From contig JAEMTE010000002.1 of the NCBI GenBank assembly GCA_016462445.1, positions 4,981-68,980 on the forward strand: a DNA stretch of 64,000 nucleotides, read 5' to 3'. Origin of the DNA: Candidatus Nanopelagicus sp. GTDB taxonomy: Bacteria > Actinomycetota > Actinomycetes > Nanopelagicales > Nanopelagicaceae. The translations under genes were made by a program, and so were the position numbers. Under the pieces are notes generated by a model. That model was not told where the DNA came from. It did not search any database and saw only the letters and a program-made list of their open reading frames with translations. This document shows, one piece after another, positions 21,239 through 33,162 of this stretch. The number at the start of each line of letters is the position of its first letter. The stretch's first letter is position 1.

Positions 21239-22454
21239 TTATTTGCTCCACTCTTGAGTTTTCAATTGTTGGTACTGGGAAATCTGGCTCTATTGAATTT
21301 GTCACCTTAGCTGCTTTAATTACCTTAGCTTTTTCTCGGTCTACTAAAGTTGTAACTGCTAGATAAAGCAAGACCATTGAAAATATAAAGGCAACAATTA
21401 AAATTCTTGGTGCCTCTTGTTGTGACATGACGCGAAGAGTTGAAACTACCATAATCCAAGCGAGTGAAAATGGAATTAATACCTTCCAGCCAAACTTCAT
21501 AAATTGGTCATAGCGCAGACGAGGTAAGGTGCCGCGCAGCCAAACAAAGATAAAGAAAAACATTAAGACCTTTATAAAGAACCAAATTAAGGTGAACCAG
21601 CCACCTAACCACTGCTCGGTAAAACCAAGGCCAGGAAATGCGTGGTAGCCACCTAGGAATAGAGTGGTTGCAAGAGCGGAGACTGCAATAATATTTACAT
21701 ACTCAGATAAGAAAAAGAGTGCAAACTTTAGTGATGAGTATTCAGTATGGAATCCACCGACTAATTCACCCTCAGCCTCTGCTAAATCAAAAGGTGCTCG
21801 GTTTGTTTCACCAACCATTGATATTGAGTAAATAGCAAATGATGGGAAAAGTATTACCGCATACCACCATTGTTGCTGGGCAGCGACAATTTCAGATGTT
21901 GACATCGATCCAGAGTAAATAAATACTGCTACTAAAGATAATCCCATCGCTACCTCATATGAGATAACTTGTGCTGATGATCTAAGTCCACCAAGTAATG
22001 GGTAGGTAGATCCAGATGACCAACCAGCTAATACAATTCCGTAAACACCAACTGAAGCAATTGCAAGCACATAAAGCACACCTACTGATAGATCAGTAAG
22101 TTGCATCGCTGTTTTGCGCCCAAAGAAATTAACCTCTCCAGTTAGTGGAATTACTGCAAAAGCCATGAAGCAGGTAGTGGTGCTAATAATTGGAGCTAAT
22201 ACGAAAACAATTCGATCTGCTGCCTTTGGAATCAAATCCTCTTTTAGGGCAAGTTTTATACCATCTACTAGTGCTTGTAGCAGGCCAAATTTACCAACGC
22301 GGTTAGGGCCAATGCGTTGCTGCATTCTGGCTACAATTTTTCGCTCTCCCCAAACTGACATAATGGTTAAAACTACGCAGGTAGCAAAAATAATTAATCC
22401 TTTAAGAGCAATGATCCATCCTGGATCCTGGCCAATTAACTCTGCATTACTCAT
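21231..22454 (-). CDS. nuoH: NADH-quinone oxidoreductase subunit H
   Basis: [40 protein letters not shown]. Confidence 0.97.
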   Translation of the reverse strand: MSNAELIGQDPGWIIALKGLIIFATCVVLTIMSVWGERKIVARMQQRIGPNRVGKFGLLQALVDGIKLALKEDLIPKAADRIVFVLAPIISTTTCFMAFAVIPLTGEVNFFGRKTAMQLTDLSVGVLYVLAIASVGVYGIVLAGWSSGSTYPLLGGLRSSAQVISYEVAMGLSLVAVFIYSGSMSTSEIVAAQQQWWYAVILFPSFAIYSISMVGETNRAPFDLAEAEGELVGGFHTEYSSLKFALFFLSEYVNIIAVSALATTLFLGGYHAFPGLGFTEQWLGGWFTLIWFFIKVLMFFFIFVWLRGTLPRLRYDQFMKFGWKVLIPFSLAWIMVVSTLRVMSQQEAPRILIVAFIFSMVLLYLAVTTLVDREKAKVIKAAKVTNSIEPDFPVPTIENSRVEQING

Positions 22455-24802
22455 GCCTTAGCCACCTTAACTACTGAGTTGCTAACTACTCCTAAATTTC
22501 TTATTAGCTGGCTACTAAGTGAGTTACGAGGTAGCCATATAGAAGAATCTTCAATATCTGCAATCACACATGGCAAAGTTATTGCGCCATAATTATTTGA
22601 AACTCGAACTAAATCACTCTCTTTAACCCCAAGTTTGTTTGCCCTGCTACCACTAATAACTACAACAGATTTGCGAGCGGTACCAGCAAGATTGTCTTCA
22701 CCATCTTGTAATGATCCCTTATCAAGTAGGTTGCGCCAAGATGAGAGAATCCCTTCCCCATCTGCAACTGCATTAACTGCCTTAGCAGGTGATGATTTCA
22801 TTGCAATCTTTGGGCCATCCCAATTCCCAATTGAATCAAACTCAGCTCTTGCTGCCTTAACAGTTGTAAGTTTAATTGATCTACCAATTTCATCAGCAAG
22901 CATAGAAAGAATTCTGACATCACTGCGATTTAAAGATTGGCTAACTGCTGACTCAAAACTACGTGTATTACCTTGCCAATCAATAAATGAACCACTCTTT
23001 TCAACAACAGCTGCTACAGGTAAAACGACGGCTGCAATATCAGTGATATCACTTTGACGTATTTCAAGTGAAACCACAAACTTTTTAGCAAGTTTTATCT
23101 TTGCATCAGGTGCAATATCCATTGGGTCGATGCCACCTATTAATAAAGCTTGTAGATCAGAGTTAATCATTTCATCTGTGCTCATACCAACCTCAGTTGG
23201 TAGCGATGGTGTACCCCAAGCGGTGGCTATATCAACCCTGGCAGGTGCATCAGTTACTAAACGATTTCCTGGTAATAAATTAGGAGTAGCACCGGCTGCG
23301 ATTGCGCCACACTCACCCGCTCTACGTGGTACCCAACCTAGTTTTGCACCACTTTGTTCAACTAATTTAGCAACAGCAGATAGACCACCTTCGGTTTCAA
23401 CCAAACGCTCGCCCACTAAAACTACTGATTTACTACTTAGGCCAGACAAAGATGAGATCGCGGCTATTTCATTGCCAGCAGCACTCTTAATTAGCTTCGC
23501 TTTTAATTTTTCACTACCACGGCTTGCATACGGGGCGATACTTATAACTTTAATAGCCCGCTTATAAACCTGCTTGTAGATACGGAGGAAGATAATTGGT
23601 GACTCATCCTCTGGTTCAAAATTGATTAAGACAACCTGATCTGCTTTATCAATATCTTTATAGGTTGCAGTAAGTGCAGCTGCAGCAAAAAAATCTAACT
23701 CTTCACCGCTATGTCTGCGAGCACGGAAATCGATATTATTTGTACCAAGTGCTACACGGGCAAATTTACTGTAACCATAGGCATCTTCAACCGTTACCCG
23801 CCCACCAACTAAAACACCTGCTGATGTATTTTTTAAACCGGTGGCTGCAGCTGCAAGTGCCTCTGGCCAAGATGCCTCTTGTAATTGTCCAGCTGCATCT
23901 CTAATCATTGGTACGGTTATTCGATTCTTTGCTACCTCATACTTAAACGCCCATCTACCCTTATCGCAATTCCACTCCTCATTAACATCTGCATCATCAC
24001 CAGCAAGCCTGCGCAATGTTTTACCGCGACGCACATCGGTACGCATTGAACAACCTGATGCACAGTGCTCACAAGCAGAGTTAGTTGAAACTAAATCAAA
24101 TGGCCGGGCTCGAAAGCGATATGAGGTTCCAGTTAACGCACCAACTGGGCAGATCTGCACAGTATTTCCAGAGTAATAGGAATCAAATGGTTCATCCTCA
24201 TAAATACCAACCTGTTGCAGAGCGCCTCGCTCATTTAATGTAATAAATGGATCTCCCGCAATTTGTTCAGAGAAGCGGGTGCAACGTGCACAAAGCACGC
24301 ACCTTTCTCTATCTAATAAAACTTGAGAGGAGATTGCAATTGGTTTTTCAAAGGTGCGCTTTACACCCTCAAATCTAGATTCACTATGTCCTGCTGACAT
24401 TGCTTGATTTTGTAATGGACACTCACCACCCTTATCGCAAACTGGGCAATCAAGTGGGTGATTAATTAATAACAACTCCATAATGCCTTTTTGGGCTTTA
24501 TCAGCAACTGGTGAGGTTAATTGGGTCTTAACAATCATGCCTTTTTCAACTGGAATAGTGCAGGAGGCTTGTGGCTTTGGAAATGCTCGCCCATTAATTT
24601 CGATATCAACTAAACATTGACGACAAGCACCTGCTGGTTCAAGTAGTGGGTGATCACAAAATCTTGGAATTTGAATCCCTAGCTTTTCAGCAGCTCGGAT
24701 AACTAATGTGCCTTTTGGGACAGTTATTTCAAAGCCATCAATTACACAGGTGATCATCTCAACTGCTACTTCCTGCTCAGTTCCTAACTCTTGAATACTC
24801 AC
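22451..24802 (-). CDS. nuoG: NADH-quinone oxidoreductase subunit G
   Basis: [48 protein letters not shown]. Confidence 0.97.
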   Translation of the reverse strand: MSIQELGTEQEVAVEMITCVIDGFEITVPKGTLVIRAAEKLGIQIPRFCDHPLLEPAGACRQCLVDIEINGRAFPKPQASCTIPVEKGMIVKTQLTSPVADKAQKGIMELLLINHPLDCPVCDKGGECPLQNQAMSAGHSESRFEGVKRTFEKPIAISSQVLLDRERCVLCARCTRFSEQIAGDPFITLNERGALQQVGIYEDEPFDSYYSGNTVQICPVGALTGTSYRFRARPFDLVSTNSACEHCASGCSMRTDVRRGKTLRRLAGDDADVNEEWNCDKGRWAFKYEVAKNRITVPMIRDAAGQLQEASWPEALAAAATGLKNTSAGVLVGGRVTVEDAYGYSKFARVALGTNNIDFRARRHSGEELDFFAAAALTATYKDIDKADQVVLINFEPEDESPIIFLRIYKQVYKRAIKVISIAPYASRGSEKLKAKLIKSAAGNEIAAISSLSGLSSKSVVLVGERLVETEGGLSAVAKLVEQSGAKLGWVPRRAGECGAIAAGATPNLLPGNRLVTDAPARVDIATAWGTPSLPTEVGMSTDEMINSDLQALLIGGIDPMDIAPDAKIKLAKKFVVSLEIRQSDITDIAAVVLPVAAVVEKSGSFIDWQGNTRSFESAVSQSLNRSDVRILSMLADEIGRSIKLTTVKAARAEFDSIGNWDGPKIAMKSSPAKAVNAVADGEGILSSWRNLLDKGSLQDGEDNLAGTARKSVVVISGSRANKLGVKESDLVRVSNNYGAITLPCVIADIEDSSIWLPRNSLSSQLIRNLGVVSNSVVKVAKA

Positions 24803-26103
24803 TTAACACCTGCTGAAGAAAATAATGTTGCAGCCATTGGATCAAATGGACACTCTCCGGCGGTTAAGTGATCTAAATACTCCTGGCGGAAGTATTTAAG
24901 TGAGGAGATAATTGGACTTGCGGCGCCATCTGCTAACGCACAAAATGATCTACCCATAATATTGTCGCAAAGATCTAATAACTTATCTAAATCTGCTTCA
25001 CTTCCTCGGCCAGCTTCTAAATCTTTAAGTACCTGTACTAACCACCAAGTTCCCTCACGACATGGTGTGCACTTGCCACAAGATTCATGTTTATAAAACT
25101 CAGTCCAGCGAAGTACTGCCCGTACCACACAGGTGGTCTCATCAAATATTTGCAGCGCTTTTGTACCGAGCATGGAACCAGCCGCAGCTACACTCTCATA
25201 ATCAAGTGGTACATCTAGATGTTCATCAGTAAATATTGGCGTTGAAGATCCGCCTGGTGTCCAAAATTTTAATTTATGCCCACTTCTTACCCCACCAGAT
25301 ATTTCCAGTAACTCCCGTAAGGTAATTCCAAGTGGTGCCTCAAACTGACCAGGGTTATTTACATGGCCTGAGAGTGAGTAAAGGGTGAAGCCCTTGCTCT
25401 TTTCAGTTCCCATTGCAGTAAACCAAGCAACGCCCTTGTTTACAATCGCCGGTACTGATGCAACAGATTCAACATTATTAACCACAGTTGGTTTTGCATA
25501 TAAGCCAGCAATTGCTGGAAATGGCGGGCGAAGACGTGGTTGACCGCGAAATCCTTCCAACGAATCAAGTAACGCAGTCTCTTCGCCACAAATATAAGCG
25601 CCAGCACCAACATGTAATACCAACTCTAGATCAAAACCTTTTCCTAAAATATTTTTACCTAGCAAACCTGCTGCATATGCATCTTCGATTGCTTGTTGAA
25701 CTCTACGTACTACATGTGTCACTTCACCGCGAATATAAATAAAAGCATAATTTGCACGAATTGCATATGAACCAATAATTACGCCCTCAATTAATACATG
25801 TGGATTAGCCATCATCATTGGTGTGTCTTTACAAGTTCCCGGCTCTGACTCATCTGCATTAACAACAAAGTAATGTTCTTTATTATCGCCCTGCGGAATG
25901 AAGCCCCACTTACTGCCGGTTGGAAAACCTGCGCCACCGCGGCCACGCAGACCTGAATCTTTTACTAACTGAATTACCTCATCCGGTGCCATAGCCAGAG
26001 CTTTAGTAAGTGCGGTGTAACCACCATTGCGTTTATAACCTGCAATCGTAAATGAATCCGCCTCATCCCAATTAGCAGAAAGTACTGGAGTTAATTTACT
26101 CAT
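24799..26103 (-). CDS. nuoF: NADH-quinone oxidoreductase subunit F
   Basis: GLRGRGGAGFPTG, NADESEPG, GAGAYICGEETAL, ESCGKCTPCREG. Confidence 0.98.
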   Translation of the reverse strand: MSKLTPVLSANWDEADSFTIAGYKRNGGYTALTKALAMAPDEVIQLVKDSGLRGRGGAGFPTGSKWGFIPQGDNKEHYFVVNADESEPGTCKDTPMMMANPHVLIEGVIIGSYAIRANYAFIYIRGEVTHVVRRVQQAIEDAYAAGLLGKNILGKGFDLELVLHVGAGAYICGEETALLDSLEGFRGQPRLRPPFPAIAGLYAKPTVVNNVESVASVPAIVNKGVAWFTAMGTEKSKGFTLYSLSGHVNNPGQFEAPLGITLRELLEISGGVRSGHKLKFWTPGGSSTPIFTDEHLDVPLDYESVAAAGSMLGTKALQIFDETTCVVRAVLRWTEFYKHESCGKCTPCREGTWWLVQVLKDLEAGRGSEADLDKLLDLCDNIMGRSFCALADGAASPIISSLKYFRQEYLDHLTAGECPFDPMAATLFSSAGVK

Positions 26104-26726
26104 GCCCCACCCTTTGCTTTCTTAAGTCCAAGCAGTGTTGGCTCACCAGCTTGCACACCTTCATTTGCTAAACCATCTGAGATACCAGCAAGAACTGCAG
26201 AGTTTTCTTTCCAACTGCGCAGAGTTTTAGGTCCACGAGTTGGTGCTGGTGGATTGCCATTTCTTGCTCCATCTACTAAATCCTTAACTGATTGCACGGT
26301 TTGGTTGTCATAAAACTCCCAATTAACCATAACAACTGGTGCGTAATCACATGCTGCGTTGCACTCGATATGTTCTACTGAAACCTTACCGTCATTAGTT
26401 ACACCATCATTTTCAATTCCAAGATGCTCTTTAACTGCATCAAATATCATATCGCCACCCATTACTGCACATAAGGTATTAGTACATATACCAACATGGT
26501 ATTGACCAACTGGCTTTGATTTATATTGGGTATAGAAGGTTGAAACTGCAGTTACCTCGGCAGTTGCAAGCTCTAGTTTTTTACCAATTAATTCAATTCC
26601 TTCATTAGTTACATACCCGTCAATAGATTGCACATAATGCAGTAGCGGCATAATTGCTGATCGCTTGCGTGGATAGCGAGTGATAATTGAATCCATAACT
26701 TTAATTTGCTCTGATGTAAATGCCAT
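26100..26726 (-). CDS. nuoE: NADH-quinone oxidoreductase subunit E
   Basis: CTNTLC...ECNAACDYAP 2Fe-2S motif. Confidence 0.96.
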   Translation of the reverse strand: MAFTSEQIKVMDSIITRYPRKRSAIMPLLHYVQSIDGYVTNEGIELIGKKLELATAEVTAVSTFYTQYKSKPVGQYHVGICTNTLCAVMGGDMIFDAVKEHLGIENDGVTNDGKVSVEHIECNAACDYAPVVMVNWEFYDNQTVQSVKDLVDGARNGNPPAPTRGPKTLRSWKENSAVLAGISDGLANEGVQAGEPTLLGLKKAKGGA

Positions 26727-28066
26727 TAACGATCAACTCCGCCCATGACTGGGTCAATCGAGGCGACTGCAGCAATTACATCTGCAATCTGTCCACCTTC
26801 ACACATTGCTGCGGTTGCTTGTAAGTTATTAAATGATGGATCACGGAAATGAACTCGGTAAGGACGAGTACCACCATCTGAAACTAAGTGCACACCCATC
26901 TCACCACGTGGTGATTCAACTGATGTATAAACCTGACCAACTGGAACTTTAAAACCTTCAGTAACTAATTTAAAGTGGTGAATCAACGCCTCCATTGACT
27001 CGCCCATAATCTCTCTAATGTGATTTAGTGAGTTACCCATTCCATCACCACCAACAGATAATTGGGATGGCCAAGCTATTTTCTTGTCGGCAACCATTAC
27101 TGGCTCACCTTCTAATTTTTCTAACTTAACCACACATTGTTCAATAATTCTTAGTGATTGCTCAAGCTCTTGCATTCTGATTAAGAACCGACCATAAACA
27201 TCACAGGTATCAGTGGTTGGGATATCAAATTGGTAATTCTCATAGCCACAATATGGTTGGGCTTTGCGTAGATCCCATGGCAAACCAGTTGCCCGAAGTA
27301 CTGGACCGGTAATACCTAAGGTTGTACATCCTGCTAAATCTAAATAACCAATTCCTTGCGTACGTTTAATCCAAATCGAATTACCAATTAATAACTTTTC
27401 ATTATCTTTAAAGTTATGGCGCAAATCTTTAATCGTTTCGCGAATTTTACCGAGCGCTTCTTTTGGTAGATCTTGCGCAAGACCACCTGGGCGAACATAA
27501 GCCATATTCATTCTAAGACCTGAGATCATTTCAAATATATCCAATACCTTCTCTCGCTCCCGAAATGCGAAGATCATTGGCGAAAGAGCGCCTAACTCAA
27601 GAGCACCAGTTCCCAGTGCAACCATGTGAGATGAGATGCGATTAAACTCCATCATCATTACCCGAATAACTGTTGCTCGCTCGGTTACATCATTAGTAAT
27701 TCCTAATAACTTCTCTACTCCTAAACAGTAGGCGGTCTCATTAAATAATGGGGATAGATAATCCATTCTGGTTACAAAAGTTACGCCTTGCGTCCAGTTG
27801 CGGTACTCCGTATTTTTTTCGATTCCAGTATGTAAATAACCAATTCCACATCTAGTTTCAGTAACTGTTTCACCCTCAAGCTCTAAGACTAAGCGAAGCA
27901 CACCATGAGTTGATGGGTGTTGTGGACCCATATTTAAAACTACTCGCTCCTCTTTAGTTGCACCTATCTCAGTAACTAATGAATCCCAGTCACCACCTGT
28001 TACAGAGTAAACCCGTCCCTCAGTAGTCTCCTGTGATGATGCGTATGGATCGGTAAAGGTTGACAT
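26726..28066 (-). CDS. nuoD: NADH-quinone oxidoreductase subunit D
   Basis: [39 protein letters not shown]. Confidence 0.98.
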   Translation of the reverse strand: MSTFTDPYASSQETTEGRVYSVTGGDWDSLVTEIGATKEERVVLNMGPQHPSTHGVLRLVLELEGETVTETRCGIGYLHTGIEKNTEYRNWTQGVTFVTRMDYLSPLFNETAYCLGVEKLLGITNDVTERATVIRVMMMEFNRISSHMVALGTGALELGALSPMIFAFREREKVLDIFEMISGLRMNMAYVRPGGLAQDLPKEALGKIRETIKDLRHNFKDNEKLLIGNSIWIKRTQGIGYLDLAGCTTLGITGPVLRATGLPWDLRKAQPYCGYENYQFDIPTTDTCDVYGRFLIRMQELEQSLRIIEQCVVKLEKLEGEPVMVADKKIAWPSQLSVGGDGMGNSLNHIREIMGESMEALIHHFKLVTEGFKVPVGQVYTSVESPRGEMGVHLVSDGGTRPYRVHFRDPSFNNLQATAAMCEGGQIADVIAAVASIDPVMGGVDR

Positions 28067-28692
28067 TAATAACTCCGCCGTTGTGATGGTGCCGGCACAG
28101 TTGCCCCTTTGTATTCAATCTCAATGCCACCAAGTGGATAATCTTTTCGTTGCGGATGTCCTGGCCAATCATCTGGCATTAAAATTCGTGTAAGTCCTGG
28201 ATGGTTGTCAAAGATAATTCCAAACATGTCAAAGGTTTCACGTTCATGCCAATTAAGTCCAGCCCACACCTCAACTAATGAAGGCAGGTGTGAATCTTTA
28301 TCAGATACACAAACCTCTAATCTAATTTTTTGATTCCTAGTAATAGATAGTAAGGAGTAAACTGCGTGTAACTCACGGCCACTCTCTTCTGGATAATGCA
28401 CACCACTTACTCCCATACACATCTCAAACTTAAGTTGATCGCGTAAAATCTTTGCAACATCAAATAACCGATCACGCTTAATAAATAATGTTAATTCCCC
28501 TCGATCAACGACTACCTTTTCAATTGCATCACTAAATAATGGATATGCCCGCTCTAAATCATCTGCTACTTGATCAAAATAACCACCAAATGGGCGCTGG
28601 GTTGAGCCAATATTTATGTTGGCATTTACTAAACCCCCAAAGCCTGAGGTATCGCCACTGCCTTGCACGCCAAACATTCCTTTTTCACTCAT
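28066..28692 (-). CDS. nuoC: NADH-quinone oxidoreductase subunit C
   Basis: [31 protein letters not shown]. Confidence 0.97.
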   Translation of the reverse strand: MSEKGMFGVQGSGDTSGFGGLVNANINIGSTQRPFGGYFDQVADDLERAYPLFSDAIEKVVVDRGELTLFIKRDRLFDVAKILRDQLKFEMCMGVSGVHYPEESGRELHAVYSLLSITRNQKIRLEVCVSDKDSHLPSLVEVWAGLNWHERETFDMFGIIFDNHPGLTRILMPDDWPGHPQRKDYPLGGIEIEYKGATVPAPSQRRSY

Positions 28693-29243
28693 GCAAGCAA
28701 TCCTTTTAACTGATGGGTTGGTTTTGCAGCGAGCGCAGCCGCCTCTACCTCTTTAATTATCTTCTCTCTATTTGGCCCTAGCTTCTCATTACCAATTTGC
28801 TCATGTAATTTTAGAATTGCATCCATCAACATCTCAGGACGCGGTGGACAACCTGGTAAGTAAATATCTACTGGGATTATGTGGTCAACGCCCTGCACAA
28901 TTGCATAATTGTTAAACATGCCACCAGATGATGCACACGCTCCCATTGCAATGGTCCATTTAGGAGCTGCCATTTGATCATAAATCTGGCGCACAACTGG
29001 TGCCATCTTGTTGCTAACTCTGCCAGCAACAATCATTAAATCTGCCTGGCGAGGTGAAGCACGAAATACCTCCATACCAAATCTTGCTAAGTCATATCGC
29101 CCAGCACCGGCGGCCATCATTTCAATCGCGCAACACGCTAAACCAAATGTGGCAGGCCATAGTGAGTTCTTGCGCATATAGCCAGCAAGTTTTTCAACCG
29201 TCGTAAGTAAAAACCCACTTGGTAATTTTTCTTCTAAGCCCAC
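28689..29243 (-). CDS. nuoB: NADH-quinone oxidoreductase subunit B
   Basis: [30 protein letters not shown]; GTG start at 29243 (MGLEEKLP). Confidence 0.97.
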   Translation of the reverse strand: MGLEEKLPSGFLLTTVEKLAGYMRKNSLWPATFGLACCAIEMMAAGAGRYDLARFGMEVFRASPRQADLMIVAGRVSNKMAPVVRQIYDQMAAPKWTIAMGACASSGGMFNNYAIVQGVDHIIPVDIYLPGCPPRPEMLMDAILKLHEQIGNEKLGPNREKIIKEVEAAALAAKPTHQLKGLLA

Positions 29244-29245
29244 AA

Positions 29246-29617
29246 TTAATCCCATTCCAATCCACCACGGCGCCAAACATAGGCGTATGCAATAAATACA
29301 GTGCCAATAAATAAACCCATCTCAACTAAACCAAATAAGCCAAGTCGATCAAAGGAGACCGCCCATGGGTATAAAAAGACAATCTCAATATCAAAAACAA
29401 TAAATAACATTGCCGTTAAAAAGTACTTTACAGGAAACCTGCCGCCGCCAGCAGCTTGTGGTGATGGCTCAATTCCACACTCGTAAGCATCTGACTTTGC
29501 GCGGTTATATCTTTTAGGTCCAGTAAGTGCTGCAGCCACAATTGAAATAAGAGCAAACCCAAAGCCAATTGCCCCAATCGCCAGGATTGGTACATATGGG
29601 TTAATTGAGGTATTCAT
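29246..29617 (-). CDS. nuoA: NADH-quinone oxidoreductase subunit A
   Basis: [31 protein letters not shown]. Confidence 0.97.
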   Translation of the reverse strand: MNTSINPYVPILAIGAIGFGFALISIVAAALTGPKRYNRAKSDAYECGIEPSPQAAGGGRFPVKYFLTAMLFIVFDIEIVFLYPWAVSFDRLGLFGLVEMGLFIGTVFIAYAYVWRRGGLEWD

Positions 29618-29658
29618 ACGGTCAAATCTTATTCTCAGGTGGCATGCACATTTGCCAC

Positions 29659-30351
29659 TTACCCCTTATAGCCAATGTGAACTGCGACTATTCCGAAGGT
29701 TAAGTCCTGCCAAACTACAGATTTCCAGCCAACATCGCCCATTATGGCAGCTAGGCTTGTTTGATCTGGCCATGCTTTGATCGATTCCGCTAAATAGATA
29801 TAAGCCTCTGGATTTCTACTCAATCTCTTTGCAATTGCAGGAAGTGCGGCCATTAAATAATTTAGATAGATTTTTTTGAAGATTAAATTAGCGGGATGAG
29901 AAAATTCTGCTACCACAATTCGTCCACCAGATTTTGTTACTCGTAGCGCATCTTTAAGTGCAGCACTTGTATCTGAAGTATTACGAAGACCAAATGAAAT
30001 TGTTGTTACATCAAATGTATTTTCTGCAAATGGTAAATTTAATGCATCTGCTTTAACAAACTTAATATCACTATTTTTCTTGCGCCCTTGATCAAGCATG
30101 CCTTCTGAAAAGTCCAATGCAATTGCATCTGCGCCTTTATCAACTAGAGGGCGAGTAGAGGAGCCAGTGCCAGCTGCAATATCTAAAATCTTCATACCAC
30201 TTTGTGGTTTAATGATCGAGGTCACATTGCGTCGCCAAGACTTAGTTCGACCAAAGCTAAGTAGGTCATTTAAAAAGTCATAGCGGTTGGCAACACCATC
30301 AAACATCTTGGCTACATCATCTGGATCTTTATTTAGATTGGCCCGTACCAC
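29659..30351 (-). CDS. menG: Demethylmenaquinone methyltransferase
   Basis: MFDGVANRYDFLNDLLSFG, LDIAAGTG, TISFGLRN, YIYLAESI; true start is probably GTG at 30351, because the longer ORF overlaps menF. Confidence 0.93.
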   Translation of the reverse strand: MVRANLNKDPDDVAKMFDGVANRYDFLNDLLSFGRTKSWRRNVTSIIKPQSGMKILDIAAGTGSSTRPLVDKGADAIALDFSEGMLDQGRKKNSDIKFVKADALNLPFAENTFDVTTISFGLRNTSDTSAALKDALRVTKSGGRIVVAEFSHPANLIFKKIYLNYLMAALPAIAKRLSRNPEAYIYLAESIKAWPDQTSLAAIMGDVGWKSVVWQDLTFGIVAVHIGYKG

Positions 30352-30415
30352 ACCCCTATTCTCTAAGGAGTAGGCTTTACAGACAAATCCAACAAATAGA
30401 CAGGCGCATTTAATC

Positions 30416-31645
30416 ATGTCGGTTTTAATTACTACTGAGATACTGGGAGAGCACCCGGTATTAACCTCGGTAAGTACTAAATTAGATTTAGCAACCGCTT
30501 GGGTTAGAAGCGGTGATGGGTTAATTGGTTTTGGTGAGTATAAAAGATTTGAAGTAAAAGGTGAGAATCGATTTAATGATGCTCGCACTTGGTGGAATCA
30601 ACAATTATCTGAATTCATGATCAAAAACAATGTGCATGGCAGTGGGAGTGGACCAATCCTTTTTACCTCTTTTTCTTTTGACCCAAATCAACCTTCAATT
30701 CTGGTTATCCCTGAGATTATTCTGGGACAAAAAAATGGTAAGTCTTGGATTACTTGGGTAGGAAGTTCTAGCCAACCTGATTTATCAAAGGTTAATAACT
30801 CAGCTGTGAGTGGTCAGATTTTGTGGCAAGGTGGATCAATAAGTGAGCAGATGTGGCGTGAGCAGGTTGGTTTAGCAATTACTGCAATCAAATCTGGACA
30901 AATTGAAAAAATTGTCTTAGCAAGAGATATAACAGCGGTTAGTGATGTTGAAATTAATCCACGTAATTTGCTACAACGACTAGAGATTGATTATCCATCC
31001 ACTTGGCTCTTTTTAATAGATGGCTTAATTGGCGCTACGCCTGAACTGCTAATAAGACTTAGTAAATCACTTGTTACCTCAAGGGTTTTGGCAGGAACAA
31101 TTCGTAAGACTGGTAATGAGGATCGAGATTTGGCACTTGCCGCATCTCTTGCTAAATCATCTAAGGATCTGGAGGAGCATGAGCATGCAGTTAAGTCTAT
31201 TGCGGATGTGCTAGCTACTTTTTGTTCTTCGACAAATATTCCAGAGTCACCATTTGTGCTACACCTTGCTAATGTGATGCATTTGGCAACAGATGTAACT
31301 GGGGTTTTAAATGACAGTGCAAAGCAAGCAGATATCTTTACACTTATCGCACAACTACACCCATCAGCTGCAGTATGTGGAACACCTACAAATGTGTCGA
31401 AGAAACTAATCACTGAACTAGAGCAGATGAATCGTGGTCGCTATGCCGGTCCAGTTGGTTGGATTGATGCCCATGGTGATGGTGAGATTGCAATTGCACT
31501 TCGTTGTGGTCAATTAGCAGGTGATAATAAATCAATAAGGATCTTTGCTGGGTGTGGAATTGTGGCAGGATCAGATCCAGATAATGAGTTTGCAGAAAGT
31601 CAGGCTAAATTAATGCCGATGCGCACAGCTCTTGAAACTCTTTGA
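30416..31645 (+). CDS. menF: Isochorismate synthase
   Basis: KIVLARD, GATPELL, LAGT, KDLEEH, LHPSAAVCGTP, RGRYAGPVGW, FAGCGIVAGSDP. Confidence 0.92.
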   Translation: MSVLITTEILGEHPVLTSVSTKLDLATAWVRSGDGLIGFGEYKRFEVKGENRFNDARTWWNQQLSEFMIKNNVHGSGSGPILFTSFSFDPNQPSILVIPEIILGQKNGKSWITWVGSSSQPDLSKVNNSAVSGQILWQGGSISEQMWREQVGLAITAIKSGQIEKIVLARDITAVSDVEINPRNLLQRLEIDYPSTWLFLIDGLIGATPELLIRLSKSLVTSRVLAGTIRKTGNEDRDLALAASLAKSSKDLEEHEHAVKSIADVLATFCSSTNIPESPFVLHLANVMHLATDVTGVLNDSAKQADIFTLIAQLHPSAAVCGTPTNVSKKLITELEQMNRGRYAGPVGWIDAHGDGEIAIALRCGQLAGDNKSIRIFAGCGIVAGSDPDNEFAESQAKLMPMRTALETL

Positions 31646-33162
31646 GTAATCTCTTTTAATCCTTCGGCATTGCTCTCTCTGCTTGGAACTTCAACAACTA
31701 CTACATCTAACCCTTTAATTGGCTTACTAATTGCAGCTTGTAATTGTTTTAAATCAGATACCTTACTTACCGATACCCCAAAGCCCGCTACAACTTTAGT
31801 CAGATCCAGATTATGTGGTGTCCCAAATAGTTGATCAAAGTTTTCTACCTCTGCTTGTGGCAGAGTTGAAAAAATGCCACCGCCATTATTATCAATTACA
31901 TAAATTCTAAGGTTTTCCTCACTTTTATTAGCAAGTGCTGAAATGTCATGCAAAAATGTTAAATCGCCCATAATTGCACTGCTGCTTTTATATTTAGTGG
32001 CAATACCAAAAGCGGTTGAAATATTGCCATCAATTCCTGCTAAGCCACGATTTGCAAAGACATCTACCCCACTACGTGGGGCGGCAAATGCTTCAATATC
32101 TCGTACTGACCTAGAGGAGCCAACAAATAGTGCAGAGTCATTTGGTAACAATTTACAAATTGTTATCGCCGCTAACTGCTCAGACCACTTTATTTCCTTT
32201 ATCTGACTTACTGCTAACTCTAAAATCTTTTGCCAAATCTTAGTATCACTACTGCTACTAGTGACCTCGCTAGGAAGATTAGTAAGAAGTAAATCCGCTT
32301 GCCGCTTATCATCAATACTAGAAATTCTTGGGTCAATTACAATTACTTTATTAGCAAGTTGTATGAAATTATTTGTACTACGAGAAAGTGTTGTTCGCCC
32401 AATCACAATAATACTTTCTGGGGCTAACTTTTCCCTAATTTTTTCATCGCTTAAAAATAATGGTGTGTGTGCTATTGCTTGCGGGAATGAGATTGGATCC
32501 TCAGCAATTACTGGCCAATTTAATTTACTTGCAAACTCATTTACTTCACTAACTTCATAGCCAGCTCGGTCATGGCCTATTACTAATACTCCTGTTGTTA
32601 CCTCTAACTTGCCAGTTACATTATTTTTGTACTCGGCTGGAGTTACTTTTATACCTGATAGCCAACTATCTTTTACATTACTTAATAGAGGCTCATCAAA
32701 TTGAACATTTAAATGAACTGGACCGCCATTTAATAATGGTTTAATTTGAATAGTAGTCGCTAAATCATGAGTCTTAATTAATGAGTAAATACCTACCTGA
32801 TTTGTTGTTTGATTCGAGCCAGTTTTACGAAGTCGCTCTGGTCGATCTGCCGTAATGATTAGTAATTTACTGTTGCTGTGTAAGGCTTCAAGGGCGGCTG
32901 GATGAAAATTCGCAGCAGCTGTTCCACTAGTACAAATCACTGCTACATAATTATTACTTGCTTTTGCAATTCCTAGTGCAAAAAAAGCAGCACCACGTTC
33001 GTCAATCTTTACATGTAAATCAATTAACTGCTTCTCACTGGCCTCATTTAGCGCGATTAATAGGGGAGCATTTCGTGAGCCTGGTGAAATAACAAAATTA
33101 CTAACACCAACCTCAATTAGATCTCGTATTACAGAGTGAGCTAGCTTTGTTGAACTATTCAA
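31600..33162 (-). CDS. menD: SEPHCHC synthase
   Basis: ISPGSRNAPL, IDERGAAFFALG, CTSGTAAAN, NRGLAGIDG, GDLTFLHD, NNGGGIF. Confidence 0.95.
   Translation of the reverse strand: MNSSTKLAHSVIRDLIEVGVSNFVISPGSRNAPLLIALNEASEKQLIDLHVKIDERGAAFFALGIAKASNNYVAVICTSGTAAANFHPAALEALHSNSKLLIITADRPERLRKTGSNQTTNQVGIYSLIKTHDLATTIQIKPLLNGGPVHLNVQFDEPLLSNVKDSWLSGIKVTPAEYKNNVTGKLEVTTGVLVIGHDRAGYEVSEVNEFASKLNWPVIAEDPISFPQAIAHTPLFLSDEKIREKLAPESIIVIGRTTLSRSTNNFIQLANKVIVIDPRISSIDDKRQADLLLTNLPSEVTSSSSDTKIWQKILELAVSQIKEIKWSEQLAAITICKLLPNDSALFVGSSRSVRDIEAFAAPRSGVDVFANRGLAGIDGNISTAFGIATKYKSSSAIMGDLTFLHDISALANKSEENLRIYVIDNNGGGIFSTLPQAEVENFDQLFGTPHNLDLTKVVAGFGVSVSKVSDLKQLQAAISKPIKGLDVVVVEVPSRESNAEGLKEITQRVSRAVRIGINLA

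Noticed and set aside
30352-30588. N-terminal extension of menG in the ORF track
   Set aside because: It overlaps divergent menF; MenG similarity begins at GTG 30351.
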